Shown here piece after piece: positions 51,572-64,000 of a stretch of 64,000 bases of DNA; within the stretch, counting starts at the first letter, position 1, and each line of letters begins with the position of its first letter. The notes under the pieces were generated by a model. That model worked only from the letters and a program-made list of their open reading frames with translations. It did not search any database and was not told where the DNA came from. This stretch comes from Octopus vulgaris (Eukaryota), in contig OX597833.1 of assembly GCA_951406725.2 (NCBI GenBank), positions 60,636,001-60,700,000 of the forward strand. The letters are read 5' to 3'. A program made the position numbers and the translations under genes.

Positions 51572-51755
51572 TACACAAACGCTCACGGGACCGCAGGTGG
51601 TCGGCCTATGCCGATGGAAACGTGACTGGCTCGCTATCTCCAGTCAACTGGCGCAGGACCGTCGTGCGTGGGCTGCCATGGTTCAAGATGCCTCAAGGGT
51701 GGTAGAAGAAGCCAACTCAACCCGCCCAGGGTGAATGTCGCCACAAGTCAGTACA
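51572..51755 (+). mobile_element. 3' end of a further RTE-like LINE
   Basis: LTGPQVVGLCRWKRDWLAISSQLAQDRRAWAAMV...* contains the LINE C-terminal AQDRxxW motif. Confidence 0.6.
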
Positions 51756-52445
51756 AATGCACACACAACATGGTTTATAGGCACGTCTGTGCCGGTGGCA
51801 CGTAAAAAGCACCATCCGATCGTGGCCGTTGCCAGCCTCGCCTGGCCCCCGTGCCAGTGGTACGTAAAAAGCACCATCCGACCGTGGCCGTTTGCCAGCC
51901 CCGTCTGGCACCTGTGCTGGTGGTACACAAAAAGCACCCACTACACTCACGGAGTGGTTGGTGTTAGGAAGGGCATCCAGCTGTAGAAACACTGCCAGAT
52001 CAGACTGGAGCCTGGTGCAGCCTTCTGGCTTCCCAGACCCCAGTTGAACCATCCAACCCATGCTAGCATGGAAAGCGGACGCTAAATGATGATGATGATG
52101 ATGATGATTTTAGCATGCAGGCTACAATCCACAGGCTATGCTAAATTTCATGATTCAGGTTAGGGTTAGTGTTAGGATAATGTTTAAGGTTAGAATTTAG
52201 GACAAGGGCTAAAGTTAGGGTTAGAGTTAGACTGCATGCTAAAGTTTAAATAGCCAGGTAGACCACATGCTAAAGTGGTTCCTAATATTCTAGGGTGGAA
52301 TTGAATTGATCAATGCTGTTGGTTCTAACATCACAAATGAATATTTTCTTAAACAAACAACTCAGTACATTGTCATACACTAAAATCACAGAGTTTTCAT
52401 ATTAAAAACATTAATACCAAATAGCATAAAATTTAAACTCTATAT

Positions 52446-52517
52446 TCCTCGGTAGTATAGTGGTAAGTATCCCCGCCTATCACAAACGATACTGGGGTTC
52501 GATTCCCTGCCAGGGAG
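52446..52517 (+). pseudogene. tRNA-Asp pseudogene
   Basis: tcctcggtagtatagtggtaagtatccccgcc...ggggttcgattccc...gggag resembles metazoan tRNA-Asp(GTC); anticodon reads ATC and the anticodon stem is broken; T7 run follows. Confidence 0.8.
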
Positions 52518-52902
52518 GCAATTTTTTTGGCGTGAGGAAGGACATCCAGCTGTAGAAACACTGCCAAATCAAGATTGGAGCCTGGTGCAGCCATCTGGTT
52601 CGCCAGCCCTCAGTCAAAATCGTCCAACCCATGCTAGCATGGAAAGCGGACGTTAAACGATGATGATGATGATAATGATGGGAGTAGTCTTGTAAAAAGT
52701 TGTATGTAAGTTATTACCTGACACCCAACTTTCTCTAAGTTATGATTTTTCAGGTGTTGCACCTTTCATGGGATTCATATTTTACCTCAAAATTATTAGA
52801 GTAAGTTATTATTAAGTCCTTTAACCCAAACAAAGTCATAATAATAATACAGCAGGAAGTTAACTTCAGTAGCACATCTTGTTCCTCTTTATCCTCTTCC
52901 TG

Positions 52903-53067
52903 TATTATTATTATTATTATTATTGTTATTATTATTATTATTATTATTGTTATTATTATTATTATTATTATTAATATTACCATTATTATTATTATTAATA
53001 TTACTATTATTATTATTACTATTACTATTATTATTATTATTATTATTATTACTATTATTATTATTAT
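52903..53067. repeat. (ATT)n microsatellite
   Basis: Directly visible. Confidence 0.95.
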
Positions 53068-53851
53068 GAAGGTAGTGACTGGTAGAATTGTTACTACACT
53101 GGACAAAATGCTTAATGGCATATTCTGAGTTCAAATGCTATCAAAGTTGACTTGAACTTTCGTCCTTTTTGGGATCAATCAAATGAACTCCAACTGAGCG
53201 CCGGGGTCAATGCAATCAACTCCCGACACGTCAAATTGCTGGCCTTGTGCCAAAGTCAGAAAATTATTAATAACTGTGGTTCAAGGGACGTAACTCTGAG
53301 AGTAGTGTCATTTTAGCTGTTGCAAGTCCTGGTTAAGCTGCTCTGTTGACTGACCTATAATCAACGACGTTCCAGTCATGACCACCCCATCTTTTATTCA
53401 GACAGTAAAGCTTGAACTACATCAACCAATGTGTCTTTCCCATTTTATGAAGGTCAGAGTATGTGGTATGAGGGAGCTTTGGCTGCTATTGTTTTCTAGT
53501 GACAATAAAGGAAATAGACACAGGAGTGGTTGTGTGGTAAGAAGTCTGTCTCCCAATAACATGGTTCAAGGTTCAATCTCATTTCGTGGCACCTTGGGCA
53601 AATGTCTTCTACAATAGCTCTGAACTGACCAAAACCTCGTGAGTAGATTTGGTAGGAGGAAACTGAAAGAAGCCTGTTGTATAATACATACATATATGTG
53701 GTGTGTGTGTTTGTCCCCCACTATTGCTTGATTACCAGTGTTGGTTTGTTTAGGCCTCCATAACTTAGTGGTTCAGCAGAAGAAACTGATAGATTAAGTA
53801 CAAGGGTCTAAAACAACAAACAAAAAGTACTGGGTTCGATTTGTTCAACTA

Positions 53852-54250
53852 AACTTCGTCCCATGTCTTCCTGGGTCTACCTCTTCCACAGATTCCCTCC
53901 ACAGTTAGAGATCAGCACTTCTTTACACAGCTGTCCTCATCCATACACATCCCATAACCATACCAGTGCAGTTGTCTCTCTTGCACACCACATCTGATTC
54001 CTCTTATGTCTAACTTTTATCTCAAGACACTTACACTCTGTCATACATGCACACTGACATTGCACATCCAGCGAAGCATACTGGCTTCATTCCTTTCAAG
54101 CCTACACATGTCCTTGACCATCATAGCCCATGTTTCACTGCCCTGCAGCATAGCTGTTTGCACACAAGCATCAAACAATCTGCCTTTCACTCTGAGAGAG
54201 AGGCCCTTTGTTGCCAGCAGGAGAAGGAGCTCTCTGAACTTTGCCCAACC
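53852..54250 (-). mobile_element. Degraded RTE LINE C-terminal fragment
   Basis: WAKFRELL...KGLSLRVKGRLFDACV...GSETWAM...LRWMCNV, homologous to 35667-36329. Confidence 0.85.
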
Positions 54251-54385
54251 TGAACTTATCTGTATGGTCAAGAATCCTGCTTTGCAACCATGTGTGGTTT
54301 CACAGAGCAGCACCTTGTATATATATATATATATATATTCATATATATACACAAATGTAAAACTATAAAATGATAAAATATTCAC

Positions 54386-54467
54386 CTGATTTTGTTGTGG
54401 GTCATATCCTCCATTTACATAACCAACACAAGGTTCACAAGCAATATGGCGTCTTAGGTTGACAGGA
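54386..54467 (-). CDS. ATP23: ATP23 coding exon 3 (PVNLRRHIACEPCVGYVNGGYDPQQNQ)
   Basis: Acceptor tatttccag at 54468, donor gtgaat at 54385; 82 nt, phase 2-0; CxxC...GGYD motif. Not in the ORF track. Confidence 0.92.
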
Positions 54468-54670
54468 CTGGAAATACAACAAGAAACATTTTCATTTCAC
54501 AGAATAATTATATTTAAATAAGATAACATGATACTTATTGATCTATCTATCTATATATATATATATATAGTTAATCCAAACATGAAAACATAAAGAGAAA
54601 AGACAACAACACAAGGACGTGGAACAAATATAGTATTATTGGGCGCTCAGGAAGGAAGGGAAGAAGGAGG

Positions 54671-54705
54671 GTTTAACGTTTCGAGTGGAGCTCTTCGTCG
54701 GAAAC
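54671..54705 (-). ncRNA. Minimal type I hammerhead motif in a Penelope-like remnant (about 54570-54752)
   Basis: Minus strand gttt CCGACGA a gag ctcca ctc GAA ACGT T aaac; self-complementary ACGT in place of stem III. Confidence 0.6.
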
Positions 54706-55291
54706 ATAGGAAAAGGAAAGATCCAGAGAAAGGAAGACAGAGGAAAAAAATCGCCAATGCACCCCGTCCAATGGATGGTGCTGAGTTGTCAAACATTTAA
54801 ACCAAATTTTCTCAGAACAACTTGTCCGACCGTCCCATAGGCCTCCCCTTTAAGAAACACTGATTTAATCTAAATTTGAGACACCAGCAAAAAACAGATT
54901 TCAACTGATGTACTTTCGTCATTTTGGGGTCAATAAATAAAGTACCAGTTTCGCACTGTAATCGACTTAATCCCTTTGTCTGTCCCCTCTATGTTTAGCC
55001 CCTTGTGGGCAGTAAAGAAATATATATTGTCATACACATATGGATATACTTTCACATACCCTCTACACAAGCAAAGATGACAAACTGAAAGTAATTAAGA
55101 AAAATCACAAAACAGACACAAGACAATGACCTACAGACACGAAAGATCGGACATGTGGTTGGGGTAGGTTAATGAAAATGAACTGTTTACTAAAGTCCAG
55201 GGATGACAGCAGACACTTGACCTTGATCTTTGTGATCATAAATTATGTTATATTAATTAAATGAAATTGCCTGTAATAATGTTCATCTTAC

Positions 55292-55337
55292 CAACCATGA
55301 CGTTTCAAAGCTCTTAAAAGTAATTTCACCATAGGAT
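55292..55337 (-). CDS. ATP23: ATP23 coding exon 2 (HPMVKLLLRALKRHGC)
   Basis: Acceptor ttttaaatgtag at 55338, donor gtaaga at 55291; 46 nt, phase 1-2; PxVKLL..A.K..GC motif. Not in the ORF track. Confidence 0.92.
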
Positions 55338-56146
55338 CTACATTTAAAAGAGAAGAAGAAAGAGAAAACAAATGAATTTATATACAAAATTGCTTTTCAG
55401 TCTGTTGGAAAATAATATCATGGTAGAATAATACAGTACATAGTGTAATAAAGGTTAAGGGACAGGTTTGGAAAGACTAGAAAGGGAGCAGCAGAGAGTA
55501 ATATCAAGCAGCTAAAAGAGAAGCAAGATGTAAGGTGTACTAAACAAAGGAAGAAGCAGAAAGTAAGTTTTGCATACATTCTGTGAAATTTCAAATTTCT
55601 CACCCTCATTTTAAATTTAAATTAATACATTCTCTAACTGGCAAAACCCACTGCAGTGAATTATTTTCTGCAATGTCATTTTTACTGGTAATTTAGCGTC
55701 CAAAACGAAGACATTTGAATAGTAATCACGAGTGTAATAGGTAGAACTATATAAAAATCCGACTTTGTGCAGACGTCCTAGTATATAGTTCTGCATATTA
55801 TATTTATGTGGACGGTCACACCGAAGATCTACAGACATTTACGTAAGTAAAATTAAGTAATATGTTAATAGTGAATCATGTATGTGAAATAATCCATATT
55901 TTTAATGCTTTTCTTTTTTCTTGCTCAATAATGTTCTGGTTGTTTGCTAAATTTTTCTTGAGAACATTTCTTAGTGGTAAGACCATAGTGGATCAACTTC
56001 TAGTATAAGGGTCGTCCACATAGTGGTCATCCCTCTTATATGTATACAATAAAATTTTACTGAACCTTCAAATTTTTATATGCTAGACCACTTGTGTGAA
56101 ATTGATGTTAATTAAATTAATATCAAATTTCTCACCCTCATCTTAA

Positions 56147-56281
<135 letters not shown>

Positions 56282-57249
56282 GACGGAATTCTTCATTAAG
56301 CACGCCATTTGACCCCTCACACCTTTTAATATATTTTGCGAAATTGTATTCTACACATGGGAATTCATACGATTATGCAAAAACAAAACATAAAAAGGTT
56401 TTGGTGCGTGATCTAAGGGATATTTAACCGTTATTTTTAGCACATCTCACAACCACCTTATACCCTCCTCGTTTGTTTGTCAGTTTGGACGGCTCGAAGC
56501 TACAGTAGAAGACACTTGCCCAAAATGGCACTCATGGGGACTAAACCCGGAACCATATAGTTGGGAAGCAAGTCACTTACCACACAGCCACGCCTGCGCC
56601 TATAGTACATTTTGTTTATTTTCTTCGCCGCTACAGCATGGCCAACTGAACCAATGAATGAATGGAATCAATAAAAGAATAACGTTTGTATACTGATCGT
56701 TATTTTATCAATACTAAGTTCCAACATCGGTAGCCAAGCACAAAACTTTAGGGACAGGAAATTAGATTGAGTGCCCTTTCCCAAGGGCATTAGGGGTAAA
56801 TGTGAAAGGAATTACTCTTATCCAGTTCATGGAATAGCGCTCTGATGAATTTTGTCACCCAATATTATTAGACCTTTATTTCTCAAAAAACTTTCACCTC
56901 CCATCTTCCATTCTTTGCTTTCTTTTAATACAGGCATCTATCAAAATATAAACGACATTACAGACCTTTTAAGACATATGTCGCAGAACAAAAGGTAAAA
57001 GCACTTGGTATAACGAAACTTGAACATTAAAAGTTTAAAATCCCATTATTAAAGTCCCTAACGTCTTTGACAGACAATGACAAACTGTATGTGCCGCTTG
57101 GTCTTAAAAACATTGCACTATGGTGTCTAGTCAATGAACAAGGTCAACCCGGCATCGCATTCCTTCTTCGTTTAGTTAATTTCATTTCACAAAACATTAC
57201 TTAAGAAGCATCAGAAATAGCAGAGGAGTAGAAAATAATGAACACTCAC

Positions 57250-57469
57250 GATTTTCCACACACCATGTCACGTTCGCCTCACACTTAAATTTCTTTCCTC
57301 GACCTTCAGTCCACATTTTTTCCCAGAAAGTTTTCCTTCTGGCACTCGCTCTGTCTGGATAGAAATTATATCCAAAATCCTCTGCGTGTTCATTTGATTT
57401 ATACCTCGATGTATCAAACGGGCTCGCTTCTCCATCATAGTTATTATTATTTGATGTCGATTCGGTCAT
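57250..57469 (-). CDS. ATP23: ATP23 coding exon 1 (MTESTS...FGYNFYPDR...KCEANVTWCVEN)
   Basis: ATG at 57469, donor C|gtgagt at 57249; phases give an open 771-nt spliced CDS; possible 5'-UTR acceptor at 57489. Confidence 0.88.
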
Positions 57470-57822
57470 TTTAAGGCCAACTTGCTACCTTTGAAATTAA
57501 ATAGAAATATCTCCGTTAAAGATGCAACCACTCAAAGCATTTGTCGCTGTTCTTCTAAATCTGTTCAAAATTTATAAACATTATTTCGTAATTTAATCGG
57601 CAGATCCTGAATATATCTAAGATTGTTAGTAACTGGAACCTTTAATGGTTAACGAGTTTATATTTGCTATGACACGACGAATGAGTAAATATTAGAGGTA
57701 CACGTGCATGTGTATATATGTATATATATATATAGTTAATCCAAACAAGAAAACACAGCAACGCGAGGACGTGGAACAATTAAAGTATTATTTGACGCTC
57801 AGGAAAAAAGTAAAGAAGGAGG

Positions 57823-57857
57823 GTTTAACGTTTCGAGCGGAGCTCTTCGTCGGAAAC
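57823..57857 (-). ncRNA. Minimal type I hammerhead motif, second copy of the Penelope-like remnant (about 57734-57902)
   Basis: Minus strand gttt CCGACGA a gagc tcc gctc GAA ACGT T aaac; 4-bp stem II intact. Confidence 0.65.
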
Positions 57858-58942
57858 ATAGGAGAAGGAAAGATCCAGAGAAGGGAAGACAGAGGAAAAA
57901 AATATTTTTGCTGGTGGTGCTCAAGAGATCACAAACTGTTTACAGTCAATTATTAACAAGTTTATTAAAGTTACTTACAAGTATTTTTTTAAAAATAAGG
58001 TATTTAATTAAAAGAAGAAAGCAAGTGACGATCACAGAGATGGTGTATTGTAAATAAATGTAATTTCATTAATTCTTGTTAGCGAAACTGAAAGTTTTTT
58101 TGGTGTGAAAATATTAAAATCAGCCGCTGGCTTCATCATTCTTGTTGATATTTAAAATATATATCTGTTTGGCAAAGGAAAGGTTTACTTTGTAAAAGAT
58201 ATAAGCATGACCCTCAGTTTTACTAAACAGAAAGAAACATCCCACGCGAGTTCACATGTTGAGATTGACGGTGTTGGGTGAACCAAGGGTCTTCTATAGA
58301 AATATTCCTGGCAGTGAAAAAGGAAAAAACAAGGAAGTATATTATGTGTGACTGTATATTGGTGGCTACGTATGTGTATGCATGCATGCATGCATATATG
58401 TATGTATGTGTGTGTGTGTGTGTATGTATGCATGTATGTGTGTATGTATGCATGTATGTGTGTATGTATGTATTATGTATATGTGTATGTATGTGTGTAT
58501 GTATGTATGCATGCATGTATATATGTATGTATGTGTTTATGTATGTATGCATGCATGTATGTATGTATATATGTATGTGTTTATGTATGTATGCATGCAT
58601 ATATGTATGTATGCATGCACACGTGTGTGTGTGTCTGAGAGAGAGAGAGAGAATTTCTTTATTCACCATAAGGTTGAGAAAAAGAAGGGACGATACGGGG
58701 ACAGACAAAACAAACGTTGGGGTCAGGGTATCGAATGAGGCGAAACCTATGAATAAACAAACAATTAAAATATATACAATTAAATGAGAATGAGTGATTA
58801 ACAAAAAACGGAGAGAGAAGAGTGTATCTTTGTTTGTCTATCTGTTTGTAAATAGTAGACATTTTACAATTGACACCGGAGACAAGCACCTTTTGTCTGT
58901 GCGAAGTTTCTCAACTCGGAAAAAGCAGATTCGACGATTAAA

Positions 58943-59119
58943 ATGCTGAAGTTTGTTGTTCGTACGCGTCCAAGGTATATGAGTGCCACTCTGGGGTTTG
59001 GTGGCGGCCCGTCGGCTCGCATAGAACGACTTCGTAGAACAGTTACTGCTGTAGTCCGATATGAACGAATAGAATCTTACTACCATCGTCTTGACGAAGC
59101 TAGAGGTTACACAGAAAGA
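58943..59119 (+). CDS. MRPL17: Mitochondrial large ribosomal subunit protein bL17m, exon 1
   Basis: GGGPSARIERLRRTVTAVVRYERIESYYHRLDEARGYTER is an L17-family signature; donor gtaagt at 59120; phase 0. Confidence 0.92.
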
Positions 59120-59399
59120 GTAAGTACCACGAAATGTTCTGACTAGAATTAAATTTTCCACGATTCTATATTCTTCCCTATACTTGTTTTCCTGTATGTT
59201 GTGAGTATCTTACCCCCACCTTTCTCTCTTCTGGCTACTCTCACCCACCTTTACGTAAAATGACGAAGCCATGTATAATTGTACAGAACCAAATAAGAAA
59301 GAAACTCATTCTTTAAGAACATAATATAACACAATAATAATAACTGTGTTTAATATTTCGGTTTTATTATTGATGTTCCCTATATATTTCTTTACGGTA

Positions 59400-59598
59400 C
59401 TACTTGAGAACAGTGGTCCCGGTGCGCGCATCCGCACTAGCTAGTCGTGACTAGTCGATCCTACAACGACTACCGAGCAAAGTAAATAAAACGCAAAATA
59501 AATTTTTTACACAAAGTAAATAAAACAAAAACACAAGGTATCACTAGTCATGACTAGCTTGCGCGAGTGCGCGCACCGGGACCACTGTTCTCAAGCAG
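59400..59598. mobile_element. TA-flanked MITE (Tc1/mariner-type) with ~55-bp TIRs
   Basis: cttgagaacagtggtcccggtgcgcgca / tgcgcgcaccgggaccactgttctcaag; TA on both sides. Confidence 0.75.
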
Positions 59599-61455
59599 TA
59601 TCTTTCTTTACTACCCACAAGGGGCTAAACATAGAGGGTACAGACAAAGGGATTAAGTCGATTACATCGACCCCAGTGCATAACCGGTGCTTAATTTATC
59701 GACCCCGAAAGGATGAAAGGCAAAGTCGACTTCGGCGGAATTTGAACTCAGAACGTAACGGCAGACGAAATACGGCTATGCATTTCGCCCGACGTGCTAA
59801 CGTTTCTGCCAGCTCGCTGCCATGATTTCATATAATCAAACCAATCGGTAATCAATCATTAATTAATATCTGTGGCCCAAAACGTTACGGACGGAGAAAT
59901 AGAAATAGCGGTGGGTTTACACCGCGTACATACAGTAAAAATTAACAATTAAGTAATGATAATTAGAAATAATTGTACAGAACCAAATAAGAAAGAAACT
60001 CATTTTTCTTTAAGAACACAATATAATACAATAATAATAACTGTGTTTAATATTTCGGTTTTATTATTGATGTCGTTCCCTATGTCATTCTTTCCCAAAT
60101 AAATTGCACTCCATATTGGAGGTTCCGATGAAGCAATAAGGTATTATTCAGGCACCCAACTATGAGTCAACTGCATTTTATAGCAGAAACAGCTGTGAGC
60201 TATTGAAGTTCATCTCCCTTCCTAATAATAATTGTTTCAAATTTTGGCACAAAGCCAGCAACTTTTGACGGCGAAGGTCAGTCGATTGGATCGACCCTAG
60301 TGATTGATTGGTACTTTATTTTATCGATTCCGAAAGCTGAAAGACAAAGTTGACCTCGGCGGCATTTGAAGTAAGAATATAAAGGGCTGGAAGAAATGCT
60401 TCGGCCAACGAATCTCCCAGATTGCTATACTCTTTACTCTCTTTTACTTGTTTCAGTCATTTGACTGTGGCCAAGCTGGAGCACCACCTTTAGTCTAGCA
60501 AATCGACCCCAGGACTTTGTAAGCATTGTACTTATTCTATCGGTCTCTTTTGCCGAACCGCTAAGAAACGGGGAAGTAAACACACCACCATCGGTTGTCG
60601 AATGCTGTTGGGGGGACAAACACACACACACACATATATATATACATATATACAACGGGCTTTTTCAGTTTCTGTCTACCAAATCCACTTACAAGGCTGT
60701 GGTCGGCCCGAGGCTATAGTAGAAGATACTTTCCCAAGGTGCCATGCATTGGGACTGAACCCAGAATCATATGGTTGGTAAGCAAGCTACTTACCACACA
60801 GCCACTCCTACGCTATCTGTAATATTTAACTTTTATTTCTTACTTGTTTCAGTCATTGGACTACGGTCATGCTGGGACACCACCTTGAAGAATTTTTAGC
60901 TGATTGAATCGACCCCAGTACTTTTTTTTTAAAGCCTGGTACTTATTCTGTCAGCTCTTTTACCGAACCGCTAAGTTACGGGGATGTAAACACACGAACA
61001 CAAGTTGTCAAGCGGTGCTCGGGGACAAACACACAAAGACACACACACAGATAGATATAAATATATATATATAATGGGCTGCTTTCAATTTCCGTCTACC
61101 AAATCCACTCATGAGGCTTTGGTTGGCCCAAGACTATATTAGAAGACACTTGCCCAGGGTGCCACGAAGTGGGGCTGAACCCAGAACCACGCAGTGGAAA
61201 GCAAGCTTCTTACGCAGCTACACCAGCTCCCGATTGTTTCAAATTTTGAAACCAAAACAAGCAGCTTCAAGTGGGGGTAGGTTATCCAGTTAAATCGGAC
61301 CAGTTCTTGTCTGTTTTTATTTTATCAGCTTAAGAGGAATAAAAGACAAAATTGACTTGGGCAGGATCTAATACCAAAATGTAATGATGATGAGTGCATA
61401 TCGTTAAATAACTTATCTTTTAATCTTAATCTGAGTTTTATATTTTTAATTGCAG

Positions 61456-61527
61456 CTACTTCAGTTGGCCATTAAAAATGGTCCCAAAGACCCTAAAACT
61501 ATGGAATTGGCTGATTATTGGTTGTTG
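61456..61527 (+). CDS. MRPL17: MRPL17 exon 2 (LLQLAIKNGPKDPKTMELADYWLL)
   Basis: Acceptor ttttaattgcag, donor gtaagt at 61528; 72 nt, phase 0-0; M..AD.WL motif. Not in the ORF track. Confidence 0.9.
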
Positions 61528-61660
61528 GTAAGTTTGCTGGTAATTTACTTGAGAAAAACCCTTCAATATTTAGAAATATCGGTAAAGCCAGTTGTGTTGA
61601 AGATGATATTTTGAAATGAAGACAATTAATTGTATGTAACATAGGATCAATCCTCAATCT

Positions 61661-61840
61661 TAATAGAGTTGCTGAAGCATGGAACAAACTGCCTGCGTCA
61701 GTTGTTGACTGCCATGACACTGCATCCTTTAAGGCCCTCATGCTTTCCGAAATCCGCCGAAACTACACCTGATTATACATACACTTTAGATGAGTTGTAG
61801 TGCACCTGAGCACTGTACACAATATTTTATTATTATTATT
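61661..61840 (+). mobile_element. CR1/L2-type LINE 3' end with (TAT)n tail
   Basis: NRVAEAWNKLPASVVDCHDTASFK fits the RV...WNxLP..VV......FK motif. Confidence 0.7.
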
Positions 61841-62640
61841 AAACTTTGGAACCTTGATCTATGTGTAGCAAATTCTGGCCATCTTTCACTTTAACACTGC
61901 TATGATTGATAAAACAATTATTTGGTTGTTTAATAAAAGATGAAAGTAACTCTTGTACTGGGTAAATGGAGTAACAGTTTGAAGGTCAAGAAAGCATGAT
62001 ATTGGCTAGATTTCCTAAAACTAATATCTTGGGTTACTCCTCAGGTTCAAACCCTACTGTCAGCATTACGTGACTTCTTTATGAAACCTTAAGGGTAATA
62101 ACTAAAAGTTTTCATGCTAAGTATAATAACGCCATGAAGTCATATGGCCTAATGGTTTGGGTGTTGCATTCTTGATCACAAGATTGTGGTTTCGATTCCC
62201 AGTGTGGGAGGTGTGTTGAGTTGTTGAGCAAAACACTTCATTTTGTATCGGTTCCAGTCCACTCAACTCTAAATAGGTAACCCTGAAATAGACTGGCATT
62301 CCATTCAGGGGTTCTGTTGGCCATCTAGCCTACGGGTTGACATGATTCAAAAGCCACAATAATGTGAGGAAGAACATTGTGGCCAGCATTGTATAACAAC
62401 ATCCAATAGTCTGGTTACTACAGTGATAATAAAACCACATGGCGCTCTCTTTCTCTCGGTAGCTGTAGAAACATGCAGCATTGGAGTACTAACCTAATGG
62501 CCTTATTCACACCATTTTCTTTCTGTGTTGTCAGCTAAATTCTACGTGTCTTGGCTCAACTGATTACCAGAAAGAAGTCCCAGATCTCATGAGAATGTTA
62601 GCTAATGTTACCCTGTTTAGGAGCTGCTGTCACCTTAACA

Positions 62641-62939
62641 CAGGGTATTCCAATCGGGTGCATTCAGGGCTGGATTTATAGGGGGTTAAAGAGGGCAATT
62701 GCCCTGGGTACCTTTATTATATAAATTGTTACTTAAGGGCTGGATTTAAAGGGGGTCAAAGAGGGCAATTGCTCTGGGTACCTTTATTATATAAATTATT
62801 ACTTAAGGGCTGGATTTATAGGGGGTCAAAGAGGGCAATTGCTCTGTATACCTTTATTATATAAATTATTATTTAAGGGGTGTGAGAACATATTAAAGGT
62901 TTTAGGGGTGCGGGGCATAACCAAGGTTGGGAACCACTA
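62641..62939. mobile_element. hAT-like MITE carrying three 70-bp tandem repeats
   Basis: TSD ccttaaca / ccttaata; degenerate TIR cagggtattccaa / ttgggaaccacta; repeats start at 62666, 62736 and 62806. Confidence 0.65.
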
Positions 62940-63053
62940 CCTTAATAGTTCACAATTAGTAACTACAACAATTCCATTCATTTATTTAGTGTTTTATGCT
63001 TTCATTTTTGTCATTTGTTTAATCTACTAATCTTTTTTTTTTGTATTTTCCAG

Positions 63054-63192
63054 GAGAAGGACTTGGTATTAAAACTGTTTAAAGTATTAGTCCCTCGCTA
63101 TTCTAACTACACCACCAGTTTTACAGACATGTACAAACTGCCAACAGTCTATCCAGGAAAAGATGGAGCTCTTGGAATTCTAGAATTAAAAG
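63054..63192 (+). CDS. MRPL17: MRPL17 exon 3 (EKDLVLKLFKVLVPRY...GILELK); gene continues beyond the window
   Basis: Acceptor ttgtattttccag, donor G|gtagag at 63193; EKDL..KLF.VL.PRY motif. Confidence 0.92.
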
Positions 63193-64000
63193 GTAGAGTC
63201 ATAATTATGATGTTGGACAGTAAACAGTGACTGAGTCAATGTGTATGTTTGTGTTTACTGTATACACACTTTCCTCCCTTCTTATCCATGATCCATATCA
63301 GTCATGGCTGCCTGTGGCCCAAAAGAGGAACTTCTGAATGATACCTCATGAAAAATTACCTTCAGTTCTTTTAGTATTGTGGCCCACAAGGTTGCCTTGT
63401 CTCATGCAACCTGCTTCTCAAAAAACTTTACTCATCCCTGGTCTATATTTTTCCTTATACTTGTTTTCCTGTATGTTGTGAGTATGTTACCCCCATCTTT
63501 CTCCCTTCTGGCTACTCTCACTCACCCTTCCATAAAATGAGGAAGCCATGTATTTTCTTTATAGCAAGGTACCTGTGCTTGTCCCTCTATCATATTGTAG
63601 CCTTCGACACCATGTATAATGATCTCCTTTCTGAAATATACTTCCAGAAAATGATACTAGCTTTTACGTGCCACTGGCACGAGGGCCAGTTTAGTGGTAC
63701 TGGCAACGACCATGTCCAAATGGTGCTTTTTATGTGCCACCTGCACAGGAGCCAGTCCACTGGTGACGTCCTCGTTCGAATATTTCACATGCCACCAGCA
63801 CAAGTGCTAGTAAGGCGACGCGGTAACGATCACGCTCGAATGGTGTGCTTAAGGCCAGTTTGTTGCTCAGGCAACGATCGTGGCTTGTTGGACCCTAAAC
63901 TCTCCTGCCCATGCCAGCATGGAAAACAAATGGTAAATGGTGATTCGTCACACATCAAAGAAATGATGAAGGTGGGACAAAGCTGTCAAGTGTAATTTAA

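Noticed and set aside
62666-62878. 70-bp repeats as CRISPR or iterons
   Set aside because: Pure tandem copies inside a TSD-bounded MITE.

Overview
AT-rich, repeat-dense eukaryotic DNA. The SINE/LINE/microsatellite landscape suggests an octopus or other coleoid mollusc (inference). Three spliced genes can be reconstructed from GT-AG junctions: DNAJB9/ERdj4 (- strand, 3 coding exons, 16103-20259, 221 aa, complete CDS), ATP23 (- strand, 6 coding exons, 37406-57469, 256 aa, complete CDS, intact HExxH) and MRPL17 (+ strand, first 3 exons, 58943-63192, continuing beyond the window, head-to-head with ATP23). Two possible terminal exons of an unidentified + strand gene lie at 2709-7693. The rest is transposon debris: two abundant tRNA-derived SINE families, a 5'-truncated RTE LINE whose RT carries a PHD finger plus many 3'-UTR fragments, BovB-like, R4/Dong-like and CR1/L2-like remnants, a Tc1 fragment, Helitrons, and piggyBac/hAT/Merlin-like MITEs. 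There are also two pseudo-tRNAs, long TA-flanked hairpins and Penelope-type hammerhead ribozyme motifs. The most notable observations are two minimal hammerheads on the ATP23 sense strand, a TSD-bounded pre-tRNA-Thr/SINE chimeric retrocopy, a GGTA target preference of SINE family A, and a colinear SINE/BovB mosaic. No prokaryotic system or CRISPR array was found. All calls are by eye, no database search was run, and repeat boundaries are approximate.
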